Of a stretch of 64,000 nt of DNA, positions 20,946 to 30,381 are shown piece after piece (the first letter of the stretch is position 1; every line of letters begins with the position of its first letter). The notes beneath the pieces were generated by a model. The model ran no database searches. It was not told where the DNA came from and saw only the letters and a program-made list of their open reading frames with translations. The DNA is taken from assembly GCA_965218585.1 (NCBI GenBank), contig CBDCLE010000009.1, positions 106,755 to 170,754 on the forward strand, read 5' to 3'. This DNA is from Terriglobia bacterium. Its GTDB lineage: Bacteria; Acidobacteriota; Terriglobia; 20CM-2-55-15. The translations under genes and the position numbers were made by a program.

Positions 20946-21565
20946 GGCAAGCGCTGATCCTGGTGGACCTGCAGAATGACTTCATGCCGGATGGTGCCCT
21001 GGGAGTTGCCGGTGGCGATGAGGTCGTCTCTGTCGCGAATCGGATGCAGGGTCTTTTCGATCTGGTTTTCGCAACCCAGGATTGGCATCCTTCCGACCAC
21101 AGCAGTTTTGCCCGAAACCATCCGAGCCATGAGATCGGCGAAGTCATCGATCTGGAGGGAATCGCTCAGGTCTTGTGGCCTGCACATTGTGTCGAGGATA
21201 CCGAGGGTGCGGAACTGGTATCGACACTGGAAAAGTCCGGAATCACACGAATCTTCTACAAAGGAACGAATCCCGGGATAGACAGCTATAGTGCGTTCTT
21301 TGACAATAACCACAGGCAATCGACCGGGCTGGGCGGTTACCTCAAGGAATTGGGCGTGGGCGAAGTCTATTTGATGGGGTTGGCCACCGACTATTGCGTC
21401 AAGTACAGCGCACTGGATGCATACGAGCTGGGTTTCGATACCGTAGTAATCGAAGATGGCTGCCGCGCCGTTGAGCTAAAAGCCGGAGACGGGGAGCGGG
21501 CGTTTCAAGAAATGCGGGCGGCCGGCGTAAGTTTTCAGATGAGCAGCCAGGTAGGTAGAAGCTGA
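20942..21565 (+). CDS. pncA: Nicotinamidase/pyrazinamidase
   Basis: DLQNDF..GAL, DWHP..H, WPAHCV, GLATDYCV. Confidence 0.96.
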   Translation: MRQALILVDLQNDFMPDGALGVAGGDEVVSVANRMQGLFDLVFATQDWHPSDHSSFARNHPSHEIGEVIDLEGIAQVLWPAHCVEDTEGAELVSTLEKSGITRIFYKGTNPGIDSYSAFFDNNHRQSTGLGGYLKELGVGEVYLMGLATDYCVKYSALDAYELGFDTVVIEDGCRAVELKAGDGERAFQEMRAAGVSFQMSSQVGRS

Positions 21566-21567
21566 GT

Positions 21568-21606
21568 CAGGCCGGGCGCCCGAGCACATCGGGCGCCGCC
21601 TGTTTA
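21568..21606. terminator. GC-rich hairpin between convergent genes
   Basis: GGCGCCCGA-GCACA-TCGGGCGCC with outer CAGGC/GCCTG and a short T tail. Confidence 0.6.
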
Positions 21607-21616
21607 ATCGAAGCAG

Positions 21617-22198
21617 TTAGTCGAAGAATTCGCTGAAGCGAATCGCGTTGATTTCGGTGCCGCTCAAATCGTACTGAATGAATCGAATTCCACGAGCATC
21701 GTAGGAGTACTCGGTCGCGTCACTGTCAGGAAGCTCCTCGACGGTGTCTTCGGGGCCCATGAGTTCCCGCATCTGATCCACATCACCATCGTCCAGCCAA
21801 TCCTGTAGCGGCTGGGAAACAATATCTTCACCGAACAGGGAAGTGACCTCGATTCGCCGTGCCTGGCCGGTCAGCTTGAACGAGTAGAGGACAACCCCGC
21901 CGCCCTGATAGGCTATGATGTAGTCGTCTATATCGTTCCGTGTGTTGTCGATGTCGCCCAGCGTTTCGATGTCGTTTGTCACAGCACCCACTTCGACGCC
22001 CAGGACGCTGATGTTCCGGCTTGTGAATTCGGGTTCTTCAGCGATGAGGTCAACCTCTGTGAGTTCGAAAACTGGAGGTGGTGGCGGAGGTGGTGGAGGC
22101 GGCTCTTCTTCGGCTACAGGCTCGGGAGGCGGTGCACAAGCGACCATTCCCACGGCCAGGATGCTGAGAAATCCAAGCAGCGCCAGCTGTTTTAACAT
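21617..22198 (-). CDS. Hypothetical lipoprotein with poly-Pro linker
   Basis: AAGGAG RBS before ATG 22198; signal peptide ending MVAC (lipobox-like); long Pro run; acidic domain. Confidence 0.7.
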   Translation of the reverse strand: MLKQLALLGFLSILAVGMVACAPPPEPVAEEEPPPPPPPPPPVFELTEVDLIAEEPEFTSRNISVLGVEVGAVTNDIETLGDIDNTRNDIDDYIIAYQGGGVVLYSFKLTGQARRIEVTSLFGEDIVSQPLQDWLDDGDVDQMRELMGPEDTVEELPDSDATEYSYDARGIRFIQYDLSGTEINAIRFSEFFD

Positions 22199-22291
22199 TC
22201 GTCTCTCCTTGTGTGTCCTTGTCGATAAATGGTTTAAGTGCAAAGAGATTGGTGTATGTAGGTGCTGGATTATATAACAATGGCCCCCACC

Positions 22292-22504
22292 ATGAGTAGT
22301 AGAAAAGAGAAGCGCGAGATGTACCAGCAACTGGGGGCGCTGATGAGCGCGGGCCTTGTCTTTCCCATCTCGATCGCCATTGGCTACGTGATGGGTTACT
22401 ACCTGGACAGGTGGCTCGGGACCACCTGGCTCACCGTTGTCTTTCTCCTGTTTGGAATCGCTGCGGGATTTGTAAGTTTCTTCCGGACAATATCGAAGCT
22501 ATGA
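22292..22504 (+). CDS. atpZ: AtpZ/AtpI-family ATP synthase accessory protein
   Basis: G..G..LDRWLGT.WL...LLFGIAAGF pattern; first gene of the F0 cluster; start approximate. Confidence 0.85.
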   Translation: MSSRKEKREMYQQLGALMSAGLVFPISIAIGYVMGYYLDRWLGTTWLTVVFLLFGIAAGFVSFFRTISKL

Positions 22505-22544
22505 GTAACCACGGAGGCAGGGAGGAAGACAGCTATGTGCTCTG

Positions 22545-22572
22545 GCTGTCGGCTGAAAGCTGATAGCCGACC
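22545..22572 (+). repeat. Heptamer tandem repeat (GCTGANN)n
   Basis: GCTGTCG GCTGAAA GCTGATA GCCGACC immediately before the ATG at 22573. Confidence 0.6.
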
Positions 22573-22977
22573 ATGTTTGAAGACTACGCAGAGTTTGAAC
22601 GACGGCTGGACCGCACGAATTTCGTCGTCATCGCCCTTGCCGTTACCCTCGTCGGTTTTCTCGATTCGCCTCGTGGAGCGGCCAGTCTGGGGGCCGGTGG
22701 CCTCATTTCCTACGTCAATTTTCGTTGGCTCAAGCAGGCCGTTAACTTCGTCATACGACAGGGAGGAGAGGGTCCGGTCGGCCGTCGCGTCGGGCTTCAG
22801 TACGCGGGGCGGTACGCGTTGATCGTCATCGCCCTGTTTGTTACAATCCGCTTTACACTCTTGGACGTGACTCTCCTTCTGGCGGGTCTCTTCTCTTATG
22901 TCCTTGCTGTACTCCTTGAATGCATTTTTGAGATAGGCAGTTCTCTGCTCCGGGTCGATCCAAATGGAAGAAAGTGA
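22573..22977 (+). CDS. atpI: ATP synthase subunit I-like membrane protein
   Basis: Four TM helices; lies between atpZ and atpB. Confidence 0.75.
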   Translation: MFEDYAEFERRLDRTNFVVIALAVTLVGFLDSPRGAASLGAGGLISYVNFRWLKQAVNFVIRQGGEGPVGRRVGLQYAGRYALIVIALFVTIRFTLLDVTLLLAGLFSYVLAVLLECIFEIGSSLLRVDPNGRK

Positions 22978-23665
22978 ACCGATTATAGTCGAGTGGATCA
23001 ACCATGCCCTCGGTGCTCCCGAAGGCGTCCATTACATTCCGGTGCAGATCATCATGGCGACGTTTGTCCTGTTGTTCTGTTTCGCTTTCTTTACTTTTGT
23101 CCGCTCACGGCTCTCGATGGAGAGTCCGGGACGGCTCCAACAGGTTCTGGAAGTGGGTGTGGAGTTCCTGGGGGACCAACTCGAAGAAGTCGTGGGCCAC
23201 GGTGGCCGGAAGTTCCTGAACATCGTCGGAACGCTCGGGGTTTTTATACTGTTTTCTAACCTGATGGGTCTGATCCCGGGCTTGGCCGCACCCACCAGCA
23301 ACCTCAACGTGACGGTAGGGTGTGCGATACTCGTTTTTTTCTATTACAACATTCAGGGTATGCGGGAGCAGGGAATCGGGAAGTATCTGAAGCATTTCAT
23401 GGGGCCGGTTTGGTGGCTGGCGCCGTTGATGATTCCCATCGAAATGATTTCTCATATTGCCCGTCCTTTTTCCCTCTCGGTTCGACTGTTTGCAAACATT
23501 TTCGCTGAAGAGCTGTTGATCGTCGTTTTCTTCGGGATGGTACCGCTGCTGCTGCCGCTGCCGTTCATGGCGTACGCTATTTTTGGAGGAATACTCCAGG
23601 CATTTATCTTTGTCGTTCTAACGATGGTCTATCTGGGGGGAGCCGTGGCGACTGAAGATCATTAG
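22964..23665 (+). CDS. atpB: F0F1 ATP synthase subunit a
   Basis: NLMGLIPG, PTSNLNVT, RPFSLSVRLFANI, LQAFIF..LT..Y. Confidence 0.97.
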   Translation: MEESEPIIVEWINHALGAPEGVHYIPVQIIMATFVLLFCFAFFTFVRSRLSMESPGRLQQVLEVGVEFLGDQLEEVVGHGGRKFLNIVGTLGVFILFSNLMGLIPGLAAPTSNLNVTVGCAILVFFYYNIQGMREQGIGKYLKHFMGPVWWLAPLMIPIEMISHIARPFSLSVRLFANIFAEELLIVVFFGMVPLLLPLPFMAYAIFGGILQAFIFVVLTMVYLGGAVATEDH

Positions 23666-23760
23666 CCACACCTTTTCCGCTAAACCCGTTGCATGTGTGA
23701 GGCCGACTGTACGGTGTTCGGCAACCACCTCCATGTGACACTTTTAATAAGGAGTCCAGA

Positions 23761-24075
23761 ATGAGGAAAGTTAAAGCAGGTCTGATGCTGTCCTTCATCC
23801 TGCTGGTGATGGCGACACCCGCCTTCGCCCAGGAAGGGGAAGGCGAAGAGGGTAGCGACGTCAACTGGGTGGCCCTGACCGCTGGCTTCAGTATGGCGAT
23901 CGCATCGGGCCTCTGCGGACTGGCTCAAGGTCGTGCCGTTTCCGCCGCGTGTGAGGGCCTGGCCCGCAATCCGGGGGCCGCAACACATATTCGGTTCGCG
24001 ATGTTATTGGGTCTCGTCCTGATCGAATCCCTGGCGCTATATACGCTGTTTATCATCTTTGCGGTGGTCGCCTGA
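23761..24075 (+). CDS. atpE: F0F1 ATP synthase subunit c with N-terminal signal-like extension
   Basis: AAGGAG RBS; ARNP loop; LIESLALY with the essential Glu. Confidence 0.95.
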   Translation: MRKVKAGLMLSFILLVMATPAFAQEGEGEEGSDVNWVALTAGFSMAIASGLCGLAQGRAVSAACEGLARNPGAATHIRFAMLLGLVLIESLALYTLFIIFAVVA

Positions 24076-24097
24076 GCGCTCGACAGATCCCGATAAG

Positions 24098-24134
24098 AAA
24101 AAAGCGGTCGGGGCTTCTGCCGCGACCGCTTTTT
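24098..24134. terminator. Bidirectional Rho-independent terminator
   Basis: AAAAAAGCGGTCG...CGACCGCTTTTT between convergent atpE and the STAS gene. Confidence 0.88.
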
Positions 24135-24158
24135 CAGCTCCAGGCGTTCCTCTTCGGC

Positions 24159-24524
24159 TTAAGCCATGCCCCGGGCAGCACCTGCCAGAGCGTCAATTGC
24201 ACTCTCCTCGCTGTCATGGGTGTTGAGCACTGCCGATAGATTCGTGATCTCGAGCAGGTTTCGGACCCGTTTGCTCGCGTTCGACAGCATAACTGTTCCC
24301 CCTGAGTCCTTCAGGGATTGATGGATCAAAATGAGTTCTTCGAGTCCGGCACTGTCGATATAAGAAACATCGCTGAGGTTCAGGACGAGCTTAGTTTCGT
24401 CTTCATGGACTAACCCGCTTACGGCCTTGCGAAATACTGTAACGGGTTCTCCTGCGCACAGCCTGCCGGCGAGATCGACAACATGTACGCCCCGTACCGT
24501 CCGTGTTTGGTAGGACAACGTCAT
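24159..24524 (-). CDS. STAS-domain anti-sigma factor antagonist
   Basis: LNLSDVSYIDSAGL with the phosphoacceptor Ser. Confidence 0.88.
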   Translation of the reverse strand: MTLSYQTRTVRGVHVVDLAGRLCAGEPVTVFRKAVSGLVHEDETKLVLNLSDVSYIDSAGLEELILIHQSLKDSGGTVMLSNASKRVRNLLEITNLSAVLNTHDSEESAIDALAGAARGMA

Positions 24525-24695
24525 GATTAGGGCAAATGTTACAAGGCAAAGGGGATTGGAGGCAACATAATCCAACGCCATGAAAAAGAGTGATAAATCT
24601 GCGTTTAGCGGCGAGGCTCGACCTGCCCGATTCGGCTTCTGCTAACATGAGAGGCGGTAAACTGGACGCATGTAATTAGAGGAGGCCTTGTCGGA

Positions 24696-25679
24696 GTGCG
24701 TATCGAACTTAATGGAGAGCGTCACCAGATTCCCGAAGCTTTGAACATCCGCCAATTGCTCGATCACTTCGAACTTCCGACCGAACGGATCGCTGTTGAG
24801 CGAAACAGATCTGTCATTCCGAAGAGCCAGTGGGAGGCGATCGAGGTCGAACCGGAGGATAAGATCGAAGTCGTGCACTTCGTAGGGGGTGGTGCGACTG
24901 AAGGCGATGACGGGCTCGTTATCGCCGGCAAGCGATTCTCCTCGCGCCTGATCGTTGGGACAGGGAAGTACGAAACGATGGAAATCATGGTCGAAGCGCA
25001 CCAACGCTCTGGCGCAGACATGGTGACCGTCGCCGTTCGGCGTGTAGATCTCGACGCACCCAAAGGCAAATCGTTCTTCGATCACATTGACACCTCGCAG
25101 TTGATGATCCTTCCCAATACGGCCGGTTGTTACAATGCCGTAGACGCTGTCCGTACCGCACATCTGGGGCGTGAGGCGGGCCTCTCCGAATGGGTCAAGC
25201 TGGAGGTGATCGGTGACGAACAGACGTTGTTCCCCGACACCGCCGCTCTGATCGAAGCCACCACGACTCTTGTCAAAGACGGTTTTATCGTCCTCCCGTA
25301 CACCAACGACGACCTCGTCGTTGCCCGGCGTCTGATCGATGCCGGGGCGGCGGCCATCATGCCCCTGGGAGCACCAATCGGCTCGGGTATGGGGATTCAG
25401 AACCTGGCGGCGATGCGAATTCTCCGAGAGCGAATCACCGAAGTGCCCTTGATTGTTGACGCCGGTGTCGGAACGGCATCCGACGCCGTGGTCGCGATGG
25501 AACTGGGCGCCGACGGCGTCCTGATGAACACGGCCATTGCCGGAGCAAGGAACCCGGGCGCGATGGCGGAAGCCATGAATTATGCGGTTCGCGCCGGCCG
25601 ATTGGCCTATGAGGCTGGCCGGATTACGAAGAAGTTGTACGCGACTGCATCCTCACCACTGGGAGGAAGCGTTACCTAG
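24696..25679 (+). CDS. thiG: ThiS-ThiG fusion (sulfur carrier plus thiazole synthase)
   Basis: Residues 1-66 ThiS-like ending FVGGG, in frame with SRLIVGTGKY, LPNTAGC, KLEVIGD, DAGVG; GTG start. Confidence 0.93.
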   Translation: MRIELNGERHQIPEALNIRQLLDHFELPTERIAVERNRSVIPKSQWEAIEVEPEDKIEVVHFVGGGATEGDDGLVIAGKRFSSRLIVGTGKYETMEIMVEAHQRSGADMVTVAVRRVDLDAPKGKSFFDHIDTSQLMILPNTAGCYNAVDAVRTAHLGREAGLSEWVKLEVIGDEQTLFPDTAALIEATTTLVKDGFIVLPYTNDDLVVARRLIDAGAAAIMPLGAPIGSGMGIQNLAAMRILRERITEVPLIVDAGVGTASDAVVAMELGADGVLMNTAIAGARNPGAMAEAMNYAVRAGRLAYEAGRITKKLYATASSPLGGSVT

Positions 25680-25803
25680 AGCCGATTCCTGCTGGGCCAA
25701 CGATGCCCTCACTGTCCGAGCCCGTGTCGGCAATGGGAATGTGCCATTGTTGTTGCCAATCTCCGATGACGTTATAATTGCCGGTTCGAAAGAGGGGAAT
25801 TGC

Positions 25804-26325
25804 ATGCGGAATGTGGCTCTAGTGTTCTTGATCGTGGCGATCATGTTGCCTTTCGCCTTCAGCCAGACTCTCGATCCGGTTCTGGAGGCCCAACTCAAAC
25901 GGGTGGTTCCCAACGCTACGAGTTTTTCGGCGAAGCAGGCGAACCCGTCTCACTTCATAGCTTACACGGGAGATTCAGACTCCAAAACGGTTGCCGGCTA
26001 CGTATTCTGGACGACCGAACTGGAGCCGCTCGAGCGAGGGTACGACGGTCCGATCAAGATGCTGGTCGGCATGAACAGGAGCGCCCTCATAACGGGAGTC
26101 CTCGTTACCCAGCACCGCGAACCCTACGGAGACTTTTCTGTTGACCGTCCTGAGTTTGCCCGGCAGTTCAGGGGCAAGGACATCCGGGATCCGTTTAAAG
26201 TTGGCGAAGATGTTGACGCTGTCTCCCGCGCAACGATAACGATCACAAGCTCTGCACGGGCCATCAGAAACGGGGGCCGCCGCCTCGTCCGTGGGCTGCT
26301 TGCTGCCCGGGGATCAGGGGGTTGA
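25804..26325 (+). CDS. Exported FMN-binding domain protein
   Basis: GAGGGG RBS, signal peptide, GYDGPI.MLVG, HREP, VDAVSRATIT flavinylation-type motif. Confidence 0.8.
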   Translation: MRNVALVFLIVAIMLPFAFSQTLDPVLEAQLKRVVPNATSFSAKQANPSHFIAYTGDSDSKTVAGYVFWTTELEPLERGYDGPIKMLVGMNRSALITGVLVTQHREPYGDFSVDRPEFARQFRGKDIRDPFKVGEDVDAVSRATITITSSARAIRNGGRRLVRGLLAARGSGG

Positions 26326-27317
26326 TGCGGCGCCCTATCCTGCCGCTCACCATCTTAGTTCTATTAACGCATGGCCTGGCGCTGGTTCCCCTGCACGCCT
26401 CCCAGGAGGAAGAACCTCCTCTGGTAGACGACCTTCCCTTTGAAGATTTTTTCTCGGAAGAGGACCTGGCCCTTTTCGAAGACGTGGAGACGGCGGCTCC
26501 GAGTTGGTCCGAAGACCTTAGAGCCCAAGGAACAGACCTCGCCCTGTTCGCCGCCTTCGGCACCTTCGCGATGTTCGGTTTTTTTAGAAAGAGCGAGTCG
26601 CTGAAGTGGATCACGATGGGGCTGGCCGTCGTGTACCTTGGTTTCACGCAGAGCCAGCTGATCACAGTCGTAAACATCTTCGCACTCACCGAGTGGAACC
26701 TGCCTCAGTTCAGGTACAACCTGACCTGGTATCTGTTCGCGACGTTTACCGTCGTAACCACCATTTTGTGGGGTCGCATCTATTGTGGCCGTATCTGTGC
26801 ATTTGGATCGATGACTCAGCTCCTGGACAAGATCGTTCCGGCCCGGCTGCGATTCGAGGTACCGAAAAGCATCGATCAGCGAGCCATATACATTAAATAC
26901 GGTCTCCTCGGAGTGACAGTCCTCTACTTCCTCGTGACGAGGGACATTTCGATCTACAGATATGTCGAACCCTTCTGGATGTTTTCGGGCGTGGCATCGA
27001 CGGGTATGTGGATCGGTCTTGGAGTCTTGCTCCTCGCAACGGTATTCGTCAGGAATCTCTATTGCCGTTTCCTGTGTCCAGTCGGTGCGTTTCTTGGACT
27101 GCTATCGAATCTGACAGTTTTCCGGATCAAGCGCTGGTCTGAGTGTAATTCCTGTAAGATCTGCGAGAAGGAATGCGAGTGGGGAGCGATTCGCGGACCG
27201 AAAATTGTAGCCAGCGAGTGCGTCCGCTGCGATGATTGCGAGCGCCTCTACATGGACGAGGAGAAGTGCCCGCACTGGCTCATCCTTAAGAAAAAACAGC
27301 AGGTCGCAGCAAACTAA
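26322..27317 (+). CDS. Membrane 4Fe-4S protein (NapH/NosR C-terminal-like)
   Basis: GRIYCGRICAFG and YCRFLCPVG motifs, two ferredoxin Cys clusters, about five TM helices. Confidence 0.85.
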   Translation: MMRRPILPLTILVLLTHGLALVPLHASQEEEPPLVDDLPFEDFFSEEDLALFEDVETAAPSWSEDLRAQGTDLALFAAFGTFAMFGFFRKSESLKWITMGLAVVYLGFTQSQLITVVNIFALTEWNLPQFRYNLTWYLFATFTVVTTILWGRIYCGRICAFGSMTQLLDKIVPARLRFEVPKSIDQRAIYIKYGLLGVTVLYFLVTRDISIYRYVEPFWMFSGVASTGMWIGLGVLLLATVFVRNLYCRFLCPVGAFLGLLSNLTVFRIKRWSECNSCKICEKECEWGAIRGPKIVASECVRCDDCERLYMDEEKCPHWLILKKKQQVAAN

Positions 27318-27334
27318 CTCCTTACATCCTCCTG

Positions 27335-27850
27335 TTACAGAAGGGGTATTTCCGGTGGGCCGGGATCTCCCGACTCCAGAATCTCGCAATCACCGTAGTA
27401 TTGCTCCGGGCTGTTTGTGAAGCCGATGAGAGCGTACTCGGAATACTCGTGCCTCGAATGCATGGCTCTCAGTCTTCCAGGTATCGTTTCCGCCTCCATA
27501 ACTGTCGTTGAATACAGACGTCCATCGCGGAACGACTGGATGAAACTCAGATACCCTTCCGCATATCGCACAATGATGTCATATACACCGGCGCTGAGCC
27601 CGACTGCGAGTTCTGCAGTACCTTCATCGGCATTCACTGCATCGAATCGCAGCTCACTATCGACCTCCGTTATTTCAGCTTCAGGCTGCCCCTCATCATT
27701 CCACCGGGCCAGTGACATGACCGAAAACGTGCAGTCGATACTCGTAGCATTCATAAGGATTCCCCTCAGAGATTGCGCGCTCAACGAAGACGGCACCAGA
27801 AGCAGGGCTCCGGCAATCGTTAAGAGTGTGAGGATCCTGTTGATCAACAT
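27335..27850 (-). CDS. Hypothetical secreted protein
   Basis: AAAGGAG RBS, signal peptide ending SLSA-Q, two Cys (IDCTF, YYGDCE). Confidence 0.7.
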   Translation of the reverse strand: MLINRILTLLTIAGALLLVPSSLSAQSLRGILMNATSIDCTFSVMSLARWNDEGQPEAEITEVDSELRFDAVNADEGTAELAVGLSAGVYDIIVRYAEGYLSFIQSFRDGRLYSTTVMEAETIPGRLRAMHSRHEYSEYALIGFTNSPEQYYGDCEILESGDPGPPEIPLL

Positions 27851-27913
27851 ATTCGCTCCTTTGCTTATTTTTCACTGACTGCTGGCGGCGGTTCGGGGCC
27901 CGGCTTCACACAG

Positions 27914-28963
27914 TCATAGTGCATCGGTTGGCGGCGCCAGCAGGACGAGGCGTCCGTCGAGGCCCGAAGACACGAGCACCTCGTTGTTCGCGCCCACGAT
28001 CACTCCTTCGACTCCGGGCAGGCGCTCGATAAGCGCCATACCGGCCTCAGGTCCCAGGATAAACACTCCTGTTGAGAGTCCGTCGGCAACAGCGGCACTA
28101 TCGGTCACGATAGTCACGCTTCGGGAACCCTCGGCGGGTTCGCCGGTCACCGGGTCGATGATGTGATGATAACGGCGGCCGTCCCTTATGAAAAACCGTT
28201 CGTAATCGCCGGACGTGCTGAAGGTGGTGTCGGTCACGTCCAGGGCCGCAAAAATCTGGTCTTCGGGTCCGCGTGGATCGCGGATGCCCAATCGCCACAT
28301 CCGGTCGCCGCGGCTGCCCCCCACGTACAGGTCGCCACCAAACTGAATCATGAAATCGTTGAAGCCACGACTGCGAAGAATGTCCGCAGCCCGGTCGACC
28401 GCGTAGCCTTTTCCGATGCCGCCCAGGCTTGCGATCATGCCCTCGCGGTTGAGAAAGGCCGTTCCTTCCTGTTCGTCGACTTCGAGGCCACGGTAGTTGA
28501 TGAACCCGATGCGGCGCAGAACTTCATCGCGATCCGGAATCGATTCGTTTCGGTCCTGGTAATCAAAACTCCAGAGCCCGGACATTACGCCGAACGTCAC
28601 ATCGAATCTTCCGTCGGTCCATTCGCTGACTTGTCGCGCGGTCTTCAATACATCACGGATTTCAGCGCCGACCCTAACGGGGTGCTGGCCGGCTGCCGCG
28701 TTCAACCGCTGAATGTCGCTGCCCTCTGCCCATGTGCTCAATAATTCTTCAAGGCGATCGAATTCCTGAAAGATCGACTCGAAAGCGTCCAGTGCTCCCG
28801 CTTCGTTCCCAGTCCACGTGGTCAGGTCAAGCCGGGTTCCCATGGAATCGTGGCTTTGCTCGACCAGACTCGGGCCCGGTATCGCGGGCTGGGAACAACC
28901 AGCGACCCAGAGTAAAACGATGGCGGGAGCAAGACGAACGAAGGCCATCAATCTGCCGGTCAT
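27914..28963 (-). CDS. apbE: FAD:protein FMN transferase (lipoprotein)
   Basis: Lipobox VAGC; MGT, LGGIGKGYAVD, STSGDYERF, HHIIDP, ADGLST; start may be up to 29029. Confidence 0.95.
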   Translation of the reverse strand: MTGRLMAFVRLAPAIVLLWVAGCSQPAIPGPSLVEQSHDSMGTRLDLTTWTGNEAGALDAFESIFQEFDRLEELLSTWAEGSDIQRLNAAAGQHPVRVGAEIRDVLKTARQVSEWTDGRFDVTFGVMSGLWSFDYQDRNESIPDRDEVLRRIGFINYRGLEVDEQEGTAFLNREGMIASLGGIGKGYAVDRAADILRSRGFNDFMIQFGGDLYVGGSRGDRMWRLGIRDPRGPEDQIFAALDVTDTTFSTSGDYERFFIRDGRRYHHIIDPVTGEPAEGSRSVTIVTDSAAVADGLSTGVFILGPEAGMALIERLPGVEGVIVGANNEVLVSSGLDGRLVLLAPPTDAL

Positions 28964-29028
28964 ACTGTTGAATTCTCCGGAATGCTCATTATGCGTGCCG
29001 CGCTCGAGCGTTGGCCGGAACGTTGTCA

Positions 29029-30381
29029 TCAGGAGTCGGCCCCAATCTTCCCTTGTTTAGAAATCCCGTATGCCTTCATCTTCCGATGCAGGTAGCTGCG
29101 TTCCAAATCCAGGACACGCGCTGTTTGCGACACGTTCCAGCCGTTCTCGTCCAGTTTAGAGAGAATCAGGCCCCGCTCGTACTGGGCACGGGCTTCCTGA
29201 AGCGTGTGTCCGGATTCTGGGCCGGCTCCATTTGGAAGGGAAAGGCTTTCGACGAGGATCGTGTCCCCGGGGACCATGATGACCAATCGTTCGATTTCGT
29301 TTCTCAGCTCTCGCACATTGCCCGGCCATGAGTAGTTAGCCATGGATTCGATTGCGTCGGGATCGAGCTGCTTTGAAATTCGTCCTTCTTCAGCGCAAAA
29401 AACGTCGATGAAATAGCGCGCCATGACGGGAATGTCCTTGTGACGTTCCCTCAATGGCGGCACGAAGAATGGAATCACGTTGAGTCGATAGAAGAGATCT
29501 TCCCGGAAACGGCCGGACTTGATCTCTTCGGCGAGGTTTTTGTTCGTGGCGGCAATGATCCGCACGTCGACGCTGTGTGTCGACTGTGCGCCGATAGGCT
29601 GGAACTTCTGCTGTTCGATCGCGCGTAAGACTTTGGCCTGGGTCTTGAGGCTCATGTCGCCCACTTCGTCCAGAAAAATCGTGCCACCTTCTGCCAGTTC
29701 GAACTTACCTTTCTTGTCCGATACGGCGCCGGTGAATGATCCCTTGGTGTGGCCGAAGAGTTCGCTTTCGATCAGATCCTCTGGAATAGCGGCACAGTTG
29801 ACTTCGATGAACGGGCCGTTGCTGCGCCCGCTCTGGAAGTGTATGTTGCGGGCAACCAGTTCTTTGCCTGTTCCGCTTTCCCCATAGATCAAGACGCGGG
29901 AGTTTGTGGGGGCCACTACGGCGATTTGCTTTCGGAGAGCCTTGATGGGAATACTCTCGCCGACGATGTGGTAGCGGGTCTCGATCTGCTGACGCAGGTC
30001 GGCATTTGTCTTTTCCAGTCGCCGGTGCGAAAGAGCGTTCCCCGCCGTCAGCAGGATGTGCTCGATCGACAACGGTTTCTCAACAAAGTCATAGGCTCCC
30101 AATTTTGTCGCCGACACTGCGGTGGCAATCGTCGCGTGACCGGAAATCATAATGACGGCTGTCGCTGCATCCGTCTGGCGAAGCTGCCTGAGTGTTTCCA
30201 GGCCGTCGATGCCGGGAAGCCATACGTCGAGAAGTATGAGATCGTAGGCGCCTCCCTCTAACATTTCGAGACACGCTTCTCCTGTGGCTGCCACGTCGGC
30301 CGTGTAGCCTTCGTCTTCGAAGACGCCTTTCAGAGAGCGGCGGATGCCAGTCTCATCGTCAACAATCAGGACTCTTGGCAT
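29029..30381 (-). CDS. ntrX: NtrX-like sigma54-type response regulator
   Basis: Receiver domain, GESGTGKE, GSFTGA, FREDLFYRLNV, WPGNVREL, Fis-type HTH. Confidence 0.85.
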   Translation of the reverse strand: MPRVLIVDDETGIRRSLKGVFEDEGYTADVAATGEACLEMLEGGAYDLILLDVWLPGIDGLETLRQLRQTDAATAVIMISGHATIATAVSATKLGAYDFVEKPLSIEHILLTAGNALSHRRLEKTNADLRQQIETRYHIVGESIPIKALRKQIAVVAPTNSRVLIYGESGTGKELVARNIHFQSGRSNGPFIEVNCAAIPEDLIESELFGHTKGSFTGAVSDKKGKFELAEGGTIFLDEVGDMSLKTQAKVLRAIEQQKFQPIGAQSTHSVDVRIIAATNKNLAEEIKSGRFREDLFYRLNVIPFFVPPLRERHKDIPVMARYFIDVFCAEEGRISKQLDPDAIESMANYSWPGNVRELRNEIERLVIMVPGDTILVESLSLPNGAGPESGHTLQEARAQYERGLILSKLDENGWNVSQTARVLDLERSYLHRKMKAYGISKQGKIGADS

